A DNA stretch of 64,000 nt from Candidatus Omnitrophota bacterium (GTDB lineage Bacteria; Omnitrophota; Gorgyraeia; Zapsychrales; JANLHA01), in contig OY759724.1 of assembly GCA_963662715.1 (NCBI GenBank), forward strand, positions 2,074,662 through 2,138,661, in the 5' to 3' direction. A program made the position numbers and the translations under genes. Of this stretch, positions 20,654 through 30,327 are shown in pieces. Positions within the stretch are counted from its first letter, which is position 1, and each line of letters starts with the position of its first letter. The notes beneath the pieces are model-generated. The model saw only the letters and a program-made list of their open reading frames with translations. It was not told where the DNA came from and searched no databases.

Positions 20654-21667
20654 ATGAAAAAGAGAAAAGTGGCCCTGATCACCGGTATTACGGGACAGGA
20701 TGGCGCTTATTTGTCGGAATTATTGCTTAAAAAGAAATATGATGTTTATGGACTGATCAGACGGTCCAGCACGTTCAATACAACACGCATTGATCATCTC
20801 TATCAGGATCCTCATGAAAAGGATGTTCAATTGCGGCTGCTTTACGGGGATCTCAATGACGCGAGTTCTCTGAACCGGATTATCAGGACTATAAAACCGG
20901 ACGAGATATATAATCTTGGAGCGCAGAGTCATGTCAAGGTCAGTTTTGAGATCCCGGAATACACGGGAGAGATTGTCGGGCTGGGGACGACGCGTCTGCT
21001 GGAAGCCATACGGGATTCAGGTATTAAAGCGAAATTTTATCAGGCTTCAAGCAGTGAAATGTTTGGTAAAGTTCTCGAGATCCCTCAATCTGAAAAGACC
21101 CCGTTTTATCCCCGCAGCCCTTATGCGGCGGCGAAAGTCTACTCTTATTGGATGACCGTCAATTACCGGGAAGCTTATAATATTTTCGCCTGCAACGGTA
21201 TTCTTTTTAACCATGAATCTCCCCGGAGAGGGGAGACCTTCGTGACCCGGAAAATTACCATGGCCCTGGCCCGGATTAAACACGGAGTGCAGGATAAGCT
21301 TTTTTTAGGGAATCTGGACGCTAAAAGAGACTGGGGTTTTGCCGGGGATTATGTTGAAGCCATGTGGTTGATGTTGCAGCAGAAGACCCCGGCTGATTAT
21401 GTCATCGCGACCGGCCAGACGCATTCTGTGCGGGAATTTCTTTTAGAAGCGTTCTCCTATTTAAAGATGGATTGGAAAAAACATGTCAGGATCGATAAGC
21501 GCTATTTCCGGCCAACGGAAGTAGATCTCCTCATAGGCAACAGTTCAAAAGCCCGCAGAAAATTGAAATGGAAACCCCGAGTGAACTTTAAGCAGTTAGT
21601 CCGTATGATGGTTGATGCTGACCTGGAACTAGTTGAACGTCAGCTTTACGGCCAGAAGAAATCTTAA
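20654..21667 (+). CDS. gmd: GDP-mannose 4,6-dehydratase (canonical paralog)
   Basis: GGAGG ribosome-binding site then ATG at 20654. Blocks [58 protein letters not shown]. Confidence 0.95.
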   Translation: MKKRKVALITGITGQDGAYLSELLLKKKYDVYGLIRRSSTFNTTRIDHLYQDPHEKDVQLRLLYGDLNDASSLNRIIRTIKPDEIYNLGAQSHVKVSFEIPEYTGEIVGLGTTRLLEAIRDSGIKAKFYQASSSEMFGKVLEIPQSEKTPFYPRSPYAAAKVYSYWMTVNYREAYNIFACNGILFNHESPRRGETFVTRKITMALARIKHGVQDKLFLGNLDAKRDWGFAGDYVEAMWLMLQQKTPADYVIATGQTHSVREFLLEAFSYLKMDWKKHVRIDKRYFRPTEVDLLIGNSSKARRKLKWKPRVNFKQLVRMMVDADLELVERQLYGQKKS

Positions 21668-21685
21668 GATCCTTTAGAGATCATC

Positions 21686-23155
21686 ATGATGAATAACTTT
21701 AGGAACTGGACTGAAAAAGGCATCGTCTACTCTTTCTATGCCTTGATTTATTTTTTGCCTATCTCTACGGCTTTAGTCGAAATTTTCTCTACCTGTATTA
21801 TTTTGTGTTATTTGTCGAGGATGGGGGTTCTCCTTCTGAATCGGGGCGCCGTGGCCGATGGGGCCGGTGGTCCGGTGCGGGATTCTTCTCCATCGGAGAA
21901 GATGTTTTTCGGAGCCTGTGTCCTGTTCCTGGCCGCGAATATCCTGTCCACCCTGACGAGTCAATATCCCTGGGTGAGCTTTAAAGCCCTGTTTTTTAAG
22001 CTGAGTCAGGGGCTGGTGCTGATGCATGCGTTTTCTTTGGTGATGCTGACGCAAAAACGGATAAAAATATTTATAACCGTTTTTTTGGTTTCGGCAACCT
22101 TATCGTCTGTTAATGCCATTTTCCAATCTTTTTCCGGTCATGGTTTCGTGAGAGGTTTTTCGCTGGTGGAGGAGGCCCGGGTTACGTCTTCCTTCAAACA
22201 TCCCAATGATTTTGGCGGATATCTTATTGTTGTCAGTTCGGTTGTCCTGTCTTTGATTGTCACAGGGATTTATGAAGCCTTTTTTTATAAAAAACAGCAG
22301 GAATCGGTCGGCGGGGCTGCTTCGACCCCGGTCTTTGTCTGGATCTGGATCGGGAGTCTGTTGATCCTGACTTTATGGAGTTTGGGGCTGACTTTTTCCC
22401 GGGGAGCCTGGCTGGGATTTATTATCGCGGTGTTATGCCTGGCTTTTTACAGGAAGAAAGTTTTTTTCTTGTTGATAGGGCTCTGTGTGCTTTTTCTCCT
22501 GATCTTCCATCCTCAGTTATACAAAGTCCGGGGAAGGAATTTAAGAGTTTATAACCCCAAAGGCGTTGTTATAAAACCTAAAGACGTAAAGAAAATTATG
22601 GCGCCGGATCAGGAGCCTCCGCCTTCGGCACAGGACCGGTCTTTGAAGAATGACCTGGAATCCCAAGGGCATAAAAATTATATTCAGGCCGTTTTTAAGA
22701 AAGTATTAACGGTTTTTGAGGTTCTTGCCGGAAAAAGCATGGGCAGGTTTGGTTTTTGGAAAGAAGCCATGCTTATTGTCAAAGACTACCCTTTGTGCGG
22801 GGCCGGGCTGAACACCTATTCCAAGGTGGCTCCCCGGTACAAGATTAACTGGGGCGGGTATCCGCATAACTGTTACCTGCACATGGCAGCTGAAACCGGT
22901 GTGTTAGGTTTGGGCCTCTTTTTAGGCCTTGTTGTGATTTTTTTGTGTCACGCATGGACGAAAATTCATTTGGTGACGCCGCCGTATTTATTGTCCGTCT
23001 CCCTGGGAGGCGTGGCCGGGTTGTCAGGCTTTTTGGTGCAATGTTTTTTCGATACCAACCTTTATTCTGTGCAGTTAAACAGTCTTTTTTGGATTTTCAT
23101 CGGGTTGGTCTTAGCGGCTATAAGGACCGGCCGGCCGTACGGTTCAGAGTCATGA
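21686..23155 (+). CDS. O-antigen ligase / Wzy-like membrane protein (paralog 3)
   Basis: Polytopic. Wzy_C motif GAGLNTYSKV...YPHNCYLHMAAETGVLGLGLF. Confidence 0.75.
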   Translation: MMNNFRNWTEKGIVYSFYALIYFLPISTALVEIFSTCIILCYLSRMGVLLLNRGAVADGAGGPVRDSSPSEKMFFGACVLFLAANILSTLTSQYPWVSFKALFFKLSQGLVLMHAFSLVMLTQKRIKIFITVFLVSATLSSVNAIFQSFSGHGFVRGFSLVEEARVTSSFKHPNDFGGYLIVVSSVVLSLIVTGIYEAFFYKKQQESVGGAASTPVFVWIWIGSLLILTLWSLGLTFSRGAWLGFIIAVLCLAFYRKKVFFLLIGLCVLFLLIFHPQLYKVRGRNLRVYNPKGVVIKPKDVKKIMAPDQEPPPSAQDRSLKNDLESQGHKNYIQAVFKKVLTVFEVLAGKSMGRFGFWKEAMLIVKDYPLCGAGLNTYSKVAPRYKINWGGYPHNCYLHMAAETGVLGLGLFLGLVVIFLCHAWTKIHLVTPPYLLSVSLGGVAGLSGFLVQCFFDTNLYSVQLNSLFWIFIGLVLAAIRTGRPYGSES

Positions 23156-23174
23156 GGGCCCCTGTCCCATTTCA

Positions 23175-23202
23175 TTGACAAATCGTTTTGCCTGAGTATA
23201 AT
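23175..23202 (+). promoter_or_regulatory. near-consensus sigma70 promoter upstream of pgk
   Basis: TTGACA at 23175..23180, 16-nt spacer, TATAAT at 23197..23202. Confidence 0.45.
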
Positions 23203-23255
23203 ATATCGAGTTATTTATTAGTATAGTCTTAGTTAATAAGTTAATAGAAAGAGGA

Positions 23256-24443
23256 ATGAGTATGCAAAAACAAACAGTCAAGGATGTCGAACTTAAAGGG
23301 AAAAAAGTCATTGTCCGCGTTGATTTTAATGTCCCTTTAGATAAAACTCAAAATATTACGGATGACCGCCGTATTAAAGCGGCCCTGCCGACGCTTAAGT
23401 ATATTCTGGAACAGCACCCTGCTAAGGTTATTCTCATGAGCCATTTAGGAAGGCCTAAGGGAGAGGTTATTGAAGCGATGCGTTTAACACCTGTGGCCAA
23501 GCGGCTGGAGGAACTTCTGGGGGAAAAAGTTCTCAAATTGGATGATTGCGTCGGTCAGGCTGTCAAACAGGCTGTGGAGGGTAGTCAAGAAAAGGTTATC
23601 CTGTTAGAAAACTTGCGTTTTCATAAAGAAGAGACCAGGAACGATCCGGATTTTTCTAAACAGCTGGCGTCTTTAGCGGAGATTTATGTGAATGATGCTT
23701 TCGGTTCGGCTCACCGGGCCCATGCTTCAACAGCAGGTATTACGGCCTGCCTTCCTGCCGTTGCCGGTTTTCTGCTGGAGAAAGAAATAACCTATCTCGG
23801 CAAAGCCGTAGAAACACCGGAAAAACCTTTCGTGATTATTCTGGGAGGCGCAAAAGTATCGGATAAGATTGCTCTTATTGAAAACCTTCTGCCGAAAGCC
23901 GATGCCTTTATCATAGGCGGAGGCATGGTCTATACATTTCTTAAAGCCTTGGGCAGGAATATCGGCAACTCTTTATTGGAAGAAGACAAGGTGGAGACCG
24001 CTAAATCTGTTATGGAAAAGGCAGGGCAGGCCGGGGTTAAGATGGTCTTGGCAACGGACTTTGTTGTTGTGGAGGATTTTGACAAGCCGGAAACCCTCAA
24101 GATCGTTAGCGGAGAGATCCCGGACGGCTGGGAAGGGATTGATATCGGTCCGGAAAGCCGGAAAGCCTTCAGAGACGTTTTGTCAACGGCGAAAACGGTT
24201 ATCTGGAACGGTCCTCTAGGGGTTTTCGAAATAGACGCTTATGCGGAAGGGACCAAAGACATTGCCCAGTATATCGCCGGTCTTGAAGATGTGATTTCGA
24301 TCGTGGGCGGAGGGGATTCCGCGGCCGCTGTTGCGAAATTTAACGTGGAGTCAGGCATGACACATATTTCCACGGGCGGCGGAGCTTCCCTGGAATTTTT
24401 GGAAGGCAAGGAACTCCCTGGGGTTGCGGCATTAAACAGTTAA
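23256..24443 (+). CDS. pgk: phosphoglycerate kinase
   Basis: Full-length Pgk (VRVDFNVPLD, LSHLGRPKG, GGGASLEFLEGKELPGV). Confidence 0.95.
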   Translation: MSMQKQTVKDVELKGKKVIVRVDFNVPLDKTQNITDDRRIKAALPTLKYILEQHPAKVILMSHLGRPKGEVIEAMRLTPVAKRLEELLGEKVLKLDDCVGQAVKQAVEGSQEKVILLENLRFHKEETRNDPDFSKQLASLAEIYVNDAFGSAHRAHASTAGITACLPAVAGFLLEKEITYLGKAVETPEKPFVIILGGAKVSDKIALIENLLPKADAFIIGGGMVYTFLKALGRNIGNSLLEEDKVETAKSVMEKAGQAGVKMVLATDFVVVEDFDKPETLKIVSGEIPDGWEGIDIGPESRKAFRDVLSTAKTVIWNGPLGVFEIDAYAEGTKDIAQYIAGLEDVISIVGGGDSAAAVAKFNVESGMTHISTGGGASLEFLEGKELPGVAALNS

Positions 24444-24469
24444 AGAAAAATATTACTAGAGGTGAATCC

Positions 24470-25237
24470 ATGAGAAAAATAATTATTGCCGGAAATTGGA
24501 AAATGAATAAAACTTCCCTGGAAGCCATTGAACTGGTGAATTTACTGAAAAGAGAAGTGTTGGACATCGAAGCGGTTGATATGGTTGTTTGTCCTCCTTT
24601 TACCGCTTTGGCGGACATCCGGGATGTCCTGAGCGAATCGGATATCGGATTAGGAGCCCAAAATCTTTACTGGGAGGATTCGGGCGCCTTTACCGGTGAG
24701 GTTTCCGCTCCGATGCTGAAAAATTTGGGCGTTCAGTATGTGATTATCGGACATTCGGAGCGGCGACAGTTCTTCGGGGAAACCAATGAGACGGTCAATA
24801 AGAAAATCAACGCTGCTTTGAAGCACTCCTTGTTGCCGATTGTCTGTATCGGCGAGACTTTGGAAGAACGCGAGAAGGGCCAGACAATGGATGTTATTAA
24901 AACTCAGTGTGAGGGGTCATTGAAGGATTTGACTCAGGAAGACATGGGGAAGATCATTTTGGCTTATGAACCGGTATGGGCGATAGGAACAGGCAAGACA
25001 GCGACCCCGGAACAGGCCCAAGAAGTCCACAAGTTTATTCGCGAGCTTTTGATAAAGATGTTTGGCGCTGAGTGCGCGGCCGGGGTCCGTATCCAATATG
25101 GCGGGAGTGTCAAGCCGGAAAATACGGAGGAACTGATGTCTCAGCCGGACATCGATGGTGCCCTGGTCGGAGGAGCCAGTCTTAAAAGTGATTCTTTTTC
25201 CCAGATTATAAAAAATTGTTTAGAGATTAAAAAATGA
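24470..25237 (+). CDS. tpiA: triose-phosphate isomerase
   Basis: IIAGNWKMN, IGHSERR, AYEPVWAIGTG, GGSVK motifs. Confidence 0.95.
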   Translation: MRKIIIAGNWKMNKTSLEAIELVNLLKREVLDIEAVDMVVCPPFTALADIRDVLSESDIGLGAQNLYWEDSGAFTGEVSAPMLKNLGVQYVIIGHSERRQFFGETNETVNKKINAALKHSLLPIVCIGETLEEREKGQTMDVIKTQCEGSLKDLTQEDMGKIILAYEPVWAIGTGKTATPEQAQEVHKFIRELLIKMFGAECAAGVRIQYGGSVKPENTEELMSQPDIDGALVGGASLKSDSFSQIIKNCLEIKK

Positions 25238-25247
25238 GGTGTTTATT

Positions 25248-25589
25248 ATGGGCGCGATACTGATGGTGGTTCATGTTTTAACGGCGGTACTCTTAATTAC
25301 GGTTATTCTGATGCAATCCGGGCGAGGGGGAGGCTTGACCGAGAGCTTCGCCTCCGCGGAATCTATGTTCGGGGCACGGACGAACGAGTTTATGGTCCGG
25401 GCCACAGTGATATTAGCCGTGGCTTTTTTGGTGACGAATTTGAGCCTGGCGTATATGAACGCAAAAGAAGAAAGATCCTTGATGCAGGAGATGGGGCAAA
25501 TGAAGACCATTAATGTGCCCCTGGAAAAACCTGCGTCCCCGGCTACAGCAACATCCCCATCCTCGCCGGAACCCGCAACAGCTCAGTAG
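25248..25589 (+). CDS. secG: preprotein translocase subunit SecG
   Basis: N-terminal TM helix followed by LMQSGRGGGL, second TM. C-terminal Pro/Ala/Ser/Thr-rich tail. ATG at 25248 (the ORF track starts at a GTG at 25239). Confidence 0.85.
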   Translation: MGAILMVVHVLTAVLLITVILMQSGRGGGLTESFASAESMFGARTNEFMVRATVILAVAFLVTNLSLAYMNAKEERSLMQEMGQMKTINVPLEKPASPATATSPSSPEPATAQ

Positions 25590-25701
25590 GGTCGGGCGAA
25601 AAGGGGCGTTATTTAGTAGAGAACCTTTTCTTAGCCAAAAACCGGTCTTGAAGAAATACCTTTCCAAAAAATGGTGTCTTAAGACAGCTTTCCCTCAACG
25701 G

Positions 25702-27426
25702 GTGAGTGCGTCTTTGCTTTCCTGTGTTTTGCCCTTCTGTCTGTTTTTTTTCCTGTCCTTCTGCTGTTCGGCGGCTCAGAGTGACCGTCACGGGGGGACC
25801 CTTGTGATGGCCACGACGTCGGACCCCAAATCGTTCAATTCCGTCATGGCCAAAGAAGCCTCCTCAACGGCGGTGACCGGGCTTATTTTTGAAGGATTAA
25901 CCACGACGAATGCCTTTACGCTAAAGGTCGAACCGCATTTGGCCAGGAAATGGGATGTGAGCAAGGATGGATTGACCTGGACATTTTATCTGCGGGAGGA
26001 TGTCCAGTGGAACGACGGATATCCTTTTACGGCGGATGATGTTGTCTTTACCTTCAATGACCTGATTTACAACGAAGACATCCCCAGTTCGGCCCGCGAT
26101 ATATTCACGATTAACGGGCAGGAATTTCAGGTTGAAAAAATAGATGATTATACGGTCCAGTTTACGCTGCCGGTTAAGTTTGCTCCTTTCCTGCGGGCCA
26201 TGGCCCAGCCCATCCTTCCCAAACACAGGTTGTTGCAGTCTGTCATGGATAAAAAGTTCAATTTTACCTGGGGCATCGATACTCCGCCGCAGGACATTGT
26301 CGGGACCGGCCCGTTCAAGCTGACGCAATACCGTCCGGGAGAACGGCTGGTTTTCCATCGCAACGAACGGTACTGGAAAAAGTCTTCGGAAGGGGAGGTC
26401 CTTCCTTATCTGAATCGTATTATTTATCTTATCGTCCAGAATATTGATGTGGAAATATTAAAATTTTTGGACGGCGAAACGGATTATTGCGGCATTAGCC
26501 GGGGCAGTGATTACCCTTTGTTAAAGCCTTTGGAAGCAGAAAAGAATTTCACGGTATATGAATCCGGACCGAATTTTGGCAGCAATTTTCTTGTTTTCAA
26601 CCAGAATAAGGGGCTCAACCCTGGAACGCAAAGGCCTTTTGTTGATCCTGTTAAATTGAAATGGTTTACCAACCGTGGATTCCGCCGGGCGGTCGCGCAT
26701 ACTATCGACAAGCAGAAGATGATAGATATCCTTAAGAATCAATTGGGATATCCGCAGGACGGGCCGTTGAGCCCGAGTGCCGGATTTTTTTATAACCCGG
26801 ATACAGTAAAATATGAATTTGATTTGGAGGAAGCCAAAGCGATTCTTTCGGAAAACGGCTTCCTTGACCGTAACGGGGACGGCATCATAGAAGACCCGGA
26901 AGGCCATGATGTTCAGTTTAATTTATACACAAATTCCGATAATTCGGAAAGGGTGCAAATCGCTGCCATTATCCGCCATGACCTGCAGGAGTTGGGGATG
27001 AAGGTGAATTTTCTGGCCCTTGAGTTTAATTCTTTGGTCAGTAAACTCAACGCTTCCTTTGACTGGGATGCCATTATCATCGGCCTGACCGGAGGCGTGG
27101 AACCTCATTTCGGGAAGAATGTCTGGTCTTCCGACGGGCAGCTGCATATGTGGTATCCCCAGCAGGACAAGCCGGCCACGGGATGGGAGAAAAGAGTCGA
27201 TGAGATTTTTACCGCAGGAGTCCAGGAGCTTGACGATGAGAAACGGAAAATCCTTTATGACGAATGGCAGCGGATCGTTTCCGAGGAGCTCCCGTTTATT
27301 TATACGGTTTTAGGGAGCAATATTTTTGCTGTACGCAATAAATTCGGGAATTTAAAGCCTTCTAGTTATGCCGGGGCTTTCCATAATTTGGAAGAGATTT
27401 ATATTTTAGAGGAGAACCGCCGATGA
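25702..27426 (+). CDS. ABC transporter substrate-binding protein, peptide/nickel family 5 (OppA/DppA-like)
   Basis: SBP_bac_5 architecture. Signal peptide begins at in-frame GTG 25702 (VSASLLSCVLPFCLFFFLSFCCSAAQS). The longer 25513 ORF has no start codon before the signal peptide. Confidence 0.8.
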   Translation: MSASLLSCVLPFCLFFFLSFCCSAAQSDRHGGTLVMATTSDPKSFNSVMAKEASSTAVTGLIFEGLTTTNAFTLKVEPHLARKWDVSKDGLTWTFYLREDVQWNDGYPFTADDVVFTFNDLIYNEDIPSSARDIFTINGQEFQVEKIDDYTVQFTLPVKFAPFLRAMAQPILPKHRLLQSVMDKKFNFTWGIDTPPQDIVGTGPFKLTQYRPGERLVFHRNERYWKKSSEGEVLPYLNRIIYLIVQNIDVEILKFLDGETDYCGISRGSDYPLLKPLEAEKNFTVYESGPNFGSNFLVFNQNKGLNPGTQRPFVDPVKLKWFTNRGFRRAVAHTIDKQKMIDILKNQLGYPQDGPLSPSAGFFYNPDTVKYEFDLEEAKAILSENGFLDRNGDGIIEDPEGHDVQFNLYTNSDNSERVQIAAIIRHDLQELGMKVNFLALEFNSLVSKLNASFDWDAIIIGLTGGVEPHFGKNVWSSDGQLHMWYPQQDKPATGWEKRVDEIFTAGVQELDDEKRKILYDEWQRIVSEELPFIYTVLGSNIFAVRNKFGNLKPSSYAGAFHNLEEIYILEENRR

Positions 27427-28391
27427 TGCTGCGTTATGTCATAAGACGCTTTGTCGTGGCCGTGCCCTTGTTGCTTGTCATGACGTTGCTGACCTTTGTC
27501 CTCATGCAGAAAACGACGGGGAGTTTTTATGATATGTTGCGGCTGGATCCGCATATTTCCGAGGACACCATTAACCGGTATATCAGGCTTTACCAGCTCG
27601 ATAGGCCGGTTATTTATCAGTATAAACAGTGGGTGTTGAATTTGCTTAGAGGGGAGTTCGGCTATTCTTTTTATTATAATATTCCGGTTGTCTCGCTTAT
27701 CTCGAGCCGGCTGTGGAACACGTTTATCCTTTCTTTCTCCAGTATTGTCTTAACCTGGACGGTCGCGATCCCCCTGGGGATCATGGCTGCCGTTCATCAC
27801 AACCGCTGGCTGGACCGCCTCATCCAGTCTTTGTCTTATGTGGGGCTGGCTACCCCGAGTTTTTTCCTGGCCCTCTTGCTGCTGTTTTTTGCCAGCCAGA
27901 CGGGATTGTTCCCTTTGGGCGGCATGCATAGCGCGCAGTATGACGATTTGACCTGGTGGGGAAAGTTTTGGGATTTGTTGCGGCATTTAGCCATCCCCGT
28001 GATAACGTTGTCTGTCGGTTCGATAGGCGCCCTGCAGCGGATTATGCGGGGCAACATGCTGGAAGTTTTGCGGCAGCAGTACATCCTGACGGCCCGGGCC
28101 AAAGGATTGCCTGAAAACCGTGTTATTTACCGTCATGCTCTGAGAAATGCGATTAACCCTTTGATCACTTTAATGGGATATGAATTCTCGCGTCTCTTGA
28201 GCGGTGCCGCTTTGCTGGAAATCATCTGCAGTTGGCCCGGCCTGGGGGCGTTAATGTTAACGGCTGTGCGCTCCAAAGATATCTACCTGGTTATGGCGAG
28301 TTTTATTATGGGGAGTGTGTTGTTCCTTTTAGGAAATCTTTTCGCGGACATCCTTCTGGCCCGCATGGATCCAAGGATAAGATATGAGTAA
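27423..28391 (+). CDS. ABC transporter permease (OppB/DppB-like)
   Basis: BPD_transp_1 with EAA-like loop (LTARAKGLPENRVIYRHALRNA). Confidence 0.9.
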   Translation: MMLRYVIRRFVVAVPLLLVMTLLTFVLMQKTTGSFYDMLRLDPHISEDTINRYIRLYQLDRPVIYQYKQWVLNLLRGEFGYSFYYNIPVVSLISSRLWNTFILSFSSIVLTWTVAIPLGIMAAVHHNRWLDRLIQSLSYVGLATPSFFLALLLLFFASQTGLFPLGGMHSAQYDDLTWWGKFWDLLRHLAIPVITLSVGSIGALQRIMRGNMLEVLRQQYILTARAKGLPENRVIYRHALRNAINPLITLMGYEFSRLLSGAALLEIICSWPGLGALMLTAVRSKDIYLVMASFIMGSVLFLLGNLFADILLARMDPRIRYE

Positions 28392-29481
28392 AGATCAGTA
28401 TTCTGTTCAATCTCAAAACGGCTTTCAGCGTTTCCGCAAGAATGGCTGGGCGGTATTCTGTTTGAGCGTCCTTGTCCTCTTGTACGGGGCAGCCCTGTTG
28501 GCCGATTTTATCAGCCCTTACTCCTATCAGAATGAAGACCGGAATTATTCCTATTGTCCGCCGACAAGCATTCAATTTCATGATGAACAGGGCCGTCTCA
28601 GGTGGCCGTACATTTACGGCTTTAAAATTTATTTTGACGAATATCATAAACGCGGGTATGAGATTAACCGGGAAGAAAAATATCCGCTTAAATTGTTTAC
28701 CCGAGGAGATCCGTACAAATTTTTGGGGTTCCTCCCGGGGACCATACGCCTTTTTGGTGTTGAGCGCCCCGGCCGTCTTCTGATCTGGGGGGCTGATTCG
28801 CGCGGACGGGACCTTTTTTCCCGCATTGTCTATGGCGGACGGATATCTTTATCGATCGGATTGTTCGGGGTGTTTATCTCTTTTTCGATCGGACTGCTGG
28901 TGGGCGGTATTGCCGGCTATTACGGAGGAAGGGTTGATGATATCCTGATGAGGATTTGTGAAATGATTATGATGATTCCGGGGTTTTACCTTTTACTGGC
29001 CTTAAGGGCCATGGTCCCGGCGAGCTTTAATTCCGTCCAGGTTTATTTCTCCATTGTTATCATTCTTTCCTTTATCGGCTGGGCCGGCTTAGCCAGAATC
29101 ATCCGGGGAATGTGCCTTTCGATTAGGGAACGGGAGTTTGTCTTGGCTGCGAAAGTTATGGGCCTTTCTGATCTTAAGATTATCGTCAGGCATGTTTTGC
29201 CCCATACATTGTCTTATTCTATTATTGCGATTATGCTTTCGATCCCCGGATATATCTTGGCCGAATCAGCCTTAAGCCTGATCGGGCTGGGGATCCAGGA
29301 CCCGTATGCGTCCTGGGGAAATTTGTTGTCAGAGGCGATGGGGATTATTCAGATACATTTCGCCCCGTGGATCCTTTTGCCCGGATTGTTTATCTTTTTG
29401 ACTGTCATGTGCTTTAATGTGATCGGCGATGCTTTGAGAGATTGTTTGGACCCGCGGTTTAGGGTCGAGGAGAATCTTTGA
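28384..29481 (+). CDS. ABC transporter permease (OppC/DppC-like) with an extended periplasmic N-terminal segment
   Basis: OppC-type N-terminal TM plus about 90-aa loop, then the permease core (LAAKVMGLSDLKIIVRHVLPH). Confidence 0.9.
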   Translation: MSKDQYSVQSQNGFQRFRKNGWAVFCLSVLVLLYGAALLADFISPYSYQNEDRNYSYCPPTSIQFHDEQGRLRWPYIYGFKIYFDEYHKRGYEINREEKYPLKLFTRGDPYKFLGFLPGTIRLFGVERPGRLLIWGADSRGRDLFSRIVYGGRISLSIGLFGVFISFSIGLLVGGIAGYYGGRVDDILMRICEMIMMIPGFYLLLALRAMVPASFNSVQVYFSIVIILSFIGWAGLARIIRGMCLSIREREFVLAAKVMGLSDLKIIVRHVLPHTLSYSIIAIMLSIPGYILAESALSLIGLGIQDPYASWGNLLSEAMGIIQIHFAPWILLPGLFIFLTVMCFNVIGDALRDCLDPRFRVEENL

Positions 29482-29552
29482 GTTTTTCCCGGGGCAACGA
29501 TTAAGGTTTCAGTGGGTTTTGATATGAAAAAACACAAAAAAATTATCCCATT

Positions 29553-30326
29553 ATGTTGTTAGAGATCCAAAAATTAAGCATTGTCGCCAAAACAGAGCAG
29601 GGAGAAAAGCCGATTGTGGATCGGGTGAGCTTCCAGGTCCAGGAACGTAATATTGTGGCTTTGGTCGGGGGCTCCGGCAGCGGCAAGACGACAACGGGGC
29701 TGGCCGTTATGAGACTGCTGGCGCCGGGATTAAACATTGTTTCCGGCTCCATCTATTTTAACGGGAAAAATATTCTGACCTTGCCTGAGCAGCAAGTGCG
29801 GGATCTCCGCGGCGGCCAGATCGCGATGGTTTTTCAGGAACCCCTGTATGCCTTTAATCCTGTCTTCCGTGTCGGATACCAGATCGATGAAGTGTTGCGG
29901 TTTCATACGAGTTTGACGGTCTTGCAGCGTCAAAGACGCGTTGAAGAATTGCTGAGGCAGGTGGAAATTAAAGAACCGATGAGAATCGCCCAATCTTATC
30001 CGCATCAGTTGAGCGGCGGATTGCGCCAGCGGGCGATGTTGGCGCAGGCCATGGCGGCGAATCCTCAATTAATTATTGCCGACGAACCTACAAGCAATCT
30101 GGATGTCACCGTGCAGGCAAGGATTCTGACGTTATTCAAGAAACTCAGAGATGAGTTCCGTTTGACGCTTTTGCTTATTACGCATGATTTGGGGCTTGTG
30201 CAGTATTTATCAGATCATGTTGTGGTTTTATCCGGGGGGAAAGTGGTCGAACAGGGGCCGGCGTCCGACGTTTTGCAGCGTCCCCAGGAACCGTATACTC
30301 AAACACTGCTGGAGGCATTGAAATAA
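29553..30326 (+). CDS. ABC transporter ATP-binding protein (OppD/DppD-like)
   Basis: Walker A GGSGSGKTT, signature LSGGLRQR, Walker B LIIADEPTSNLD. Confidence 0.9.
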   Translation: MLLEIQKLSIVAKTEQGEKPIVDRVSFQVQERNIVALVGGSGSGKTTTGLAVMRLLAPGLNIVSGSIYFNGKNILTLPEQQVRDLRGGQIAMVFQEPLYAFNPVFRVGYQIDEVLRFHTSLTVLQRQRRVEELLRQVEIKEPMRIAQSYPHQLSGGLRQRAMLAQAMAANPQLIIADEPTSNLDVTVQARILTLFKKLRDEFRLTLLLITHDLGLVQYLSDHVVVLSGGKVVEQGPASDVLQRPQEPYTQTLLEALK

Positions 30327-30327
30327 T

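Noticed and set aside
25513-25701. N-terminal 63-aa extension of the ABC substrate-binding protein ORF
   Set aside because: It overlaps the secG 3' end and intergenic DNA and has no start codon of its own. The real start is the GTG at 25702, directly preceding a classical signal peptide.
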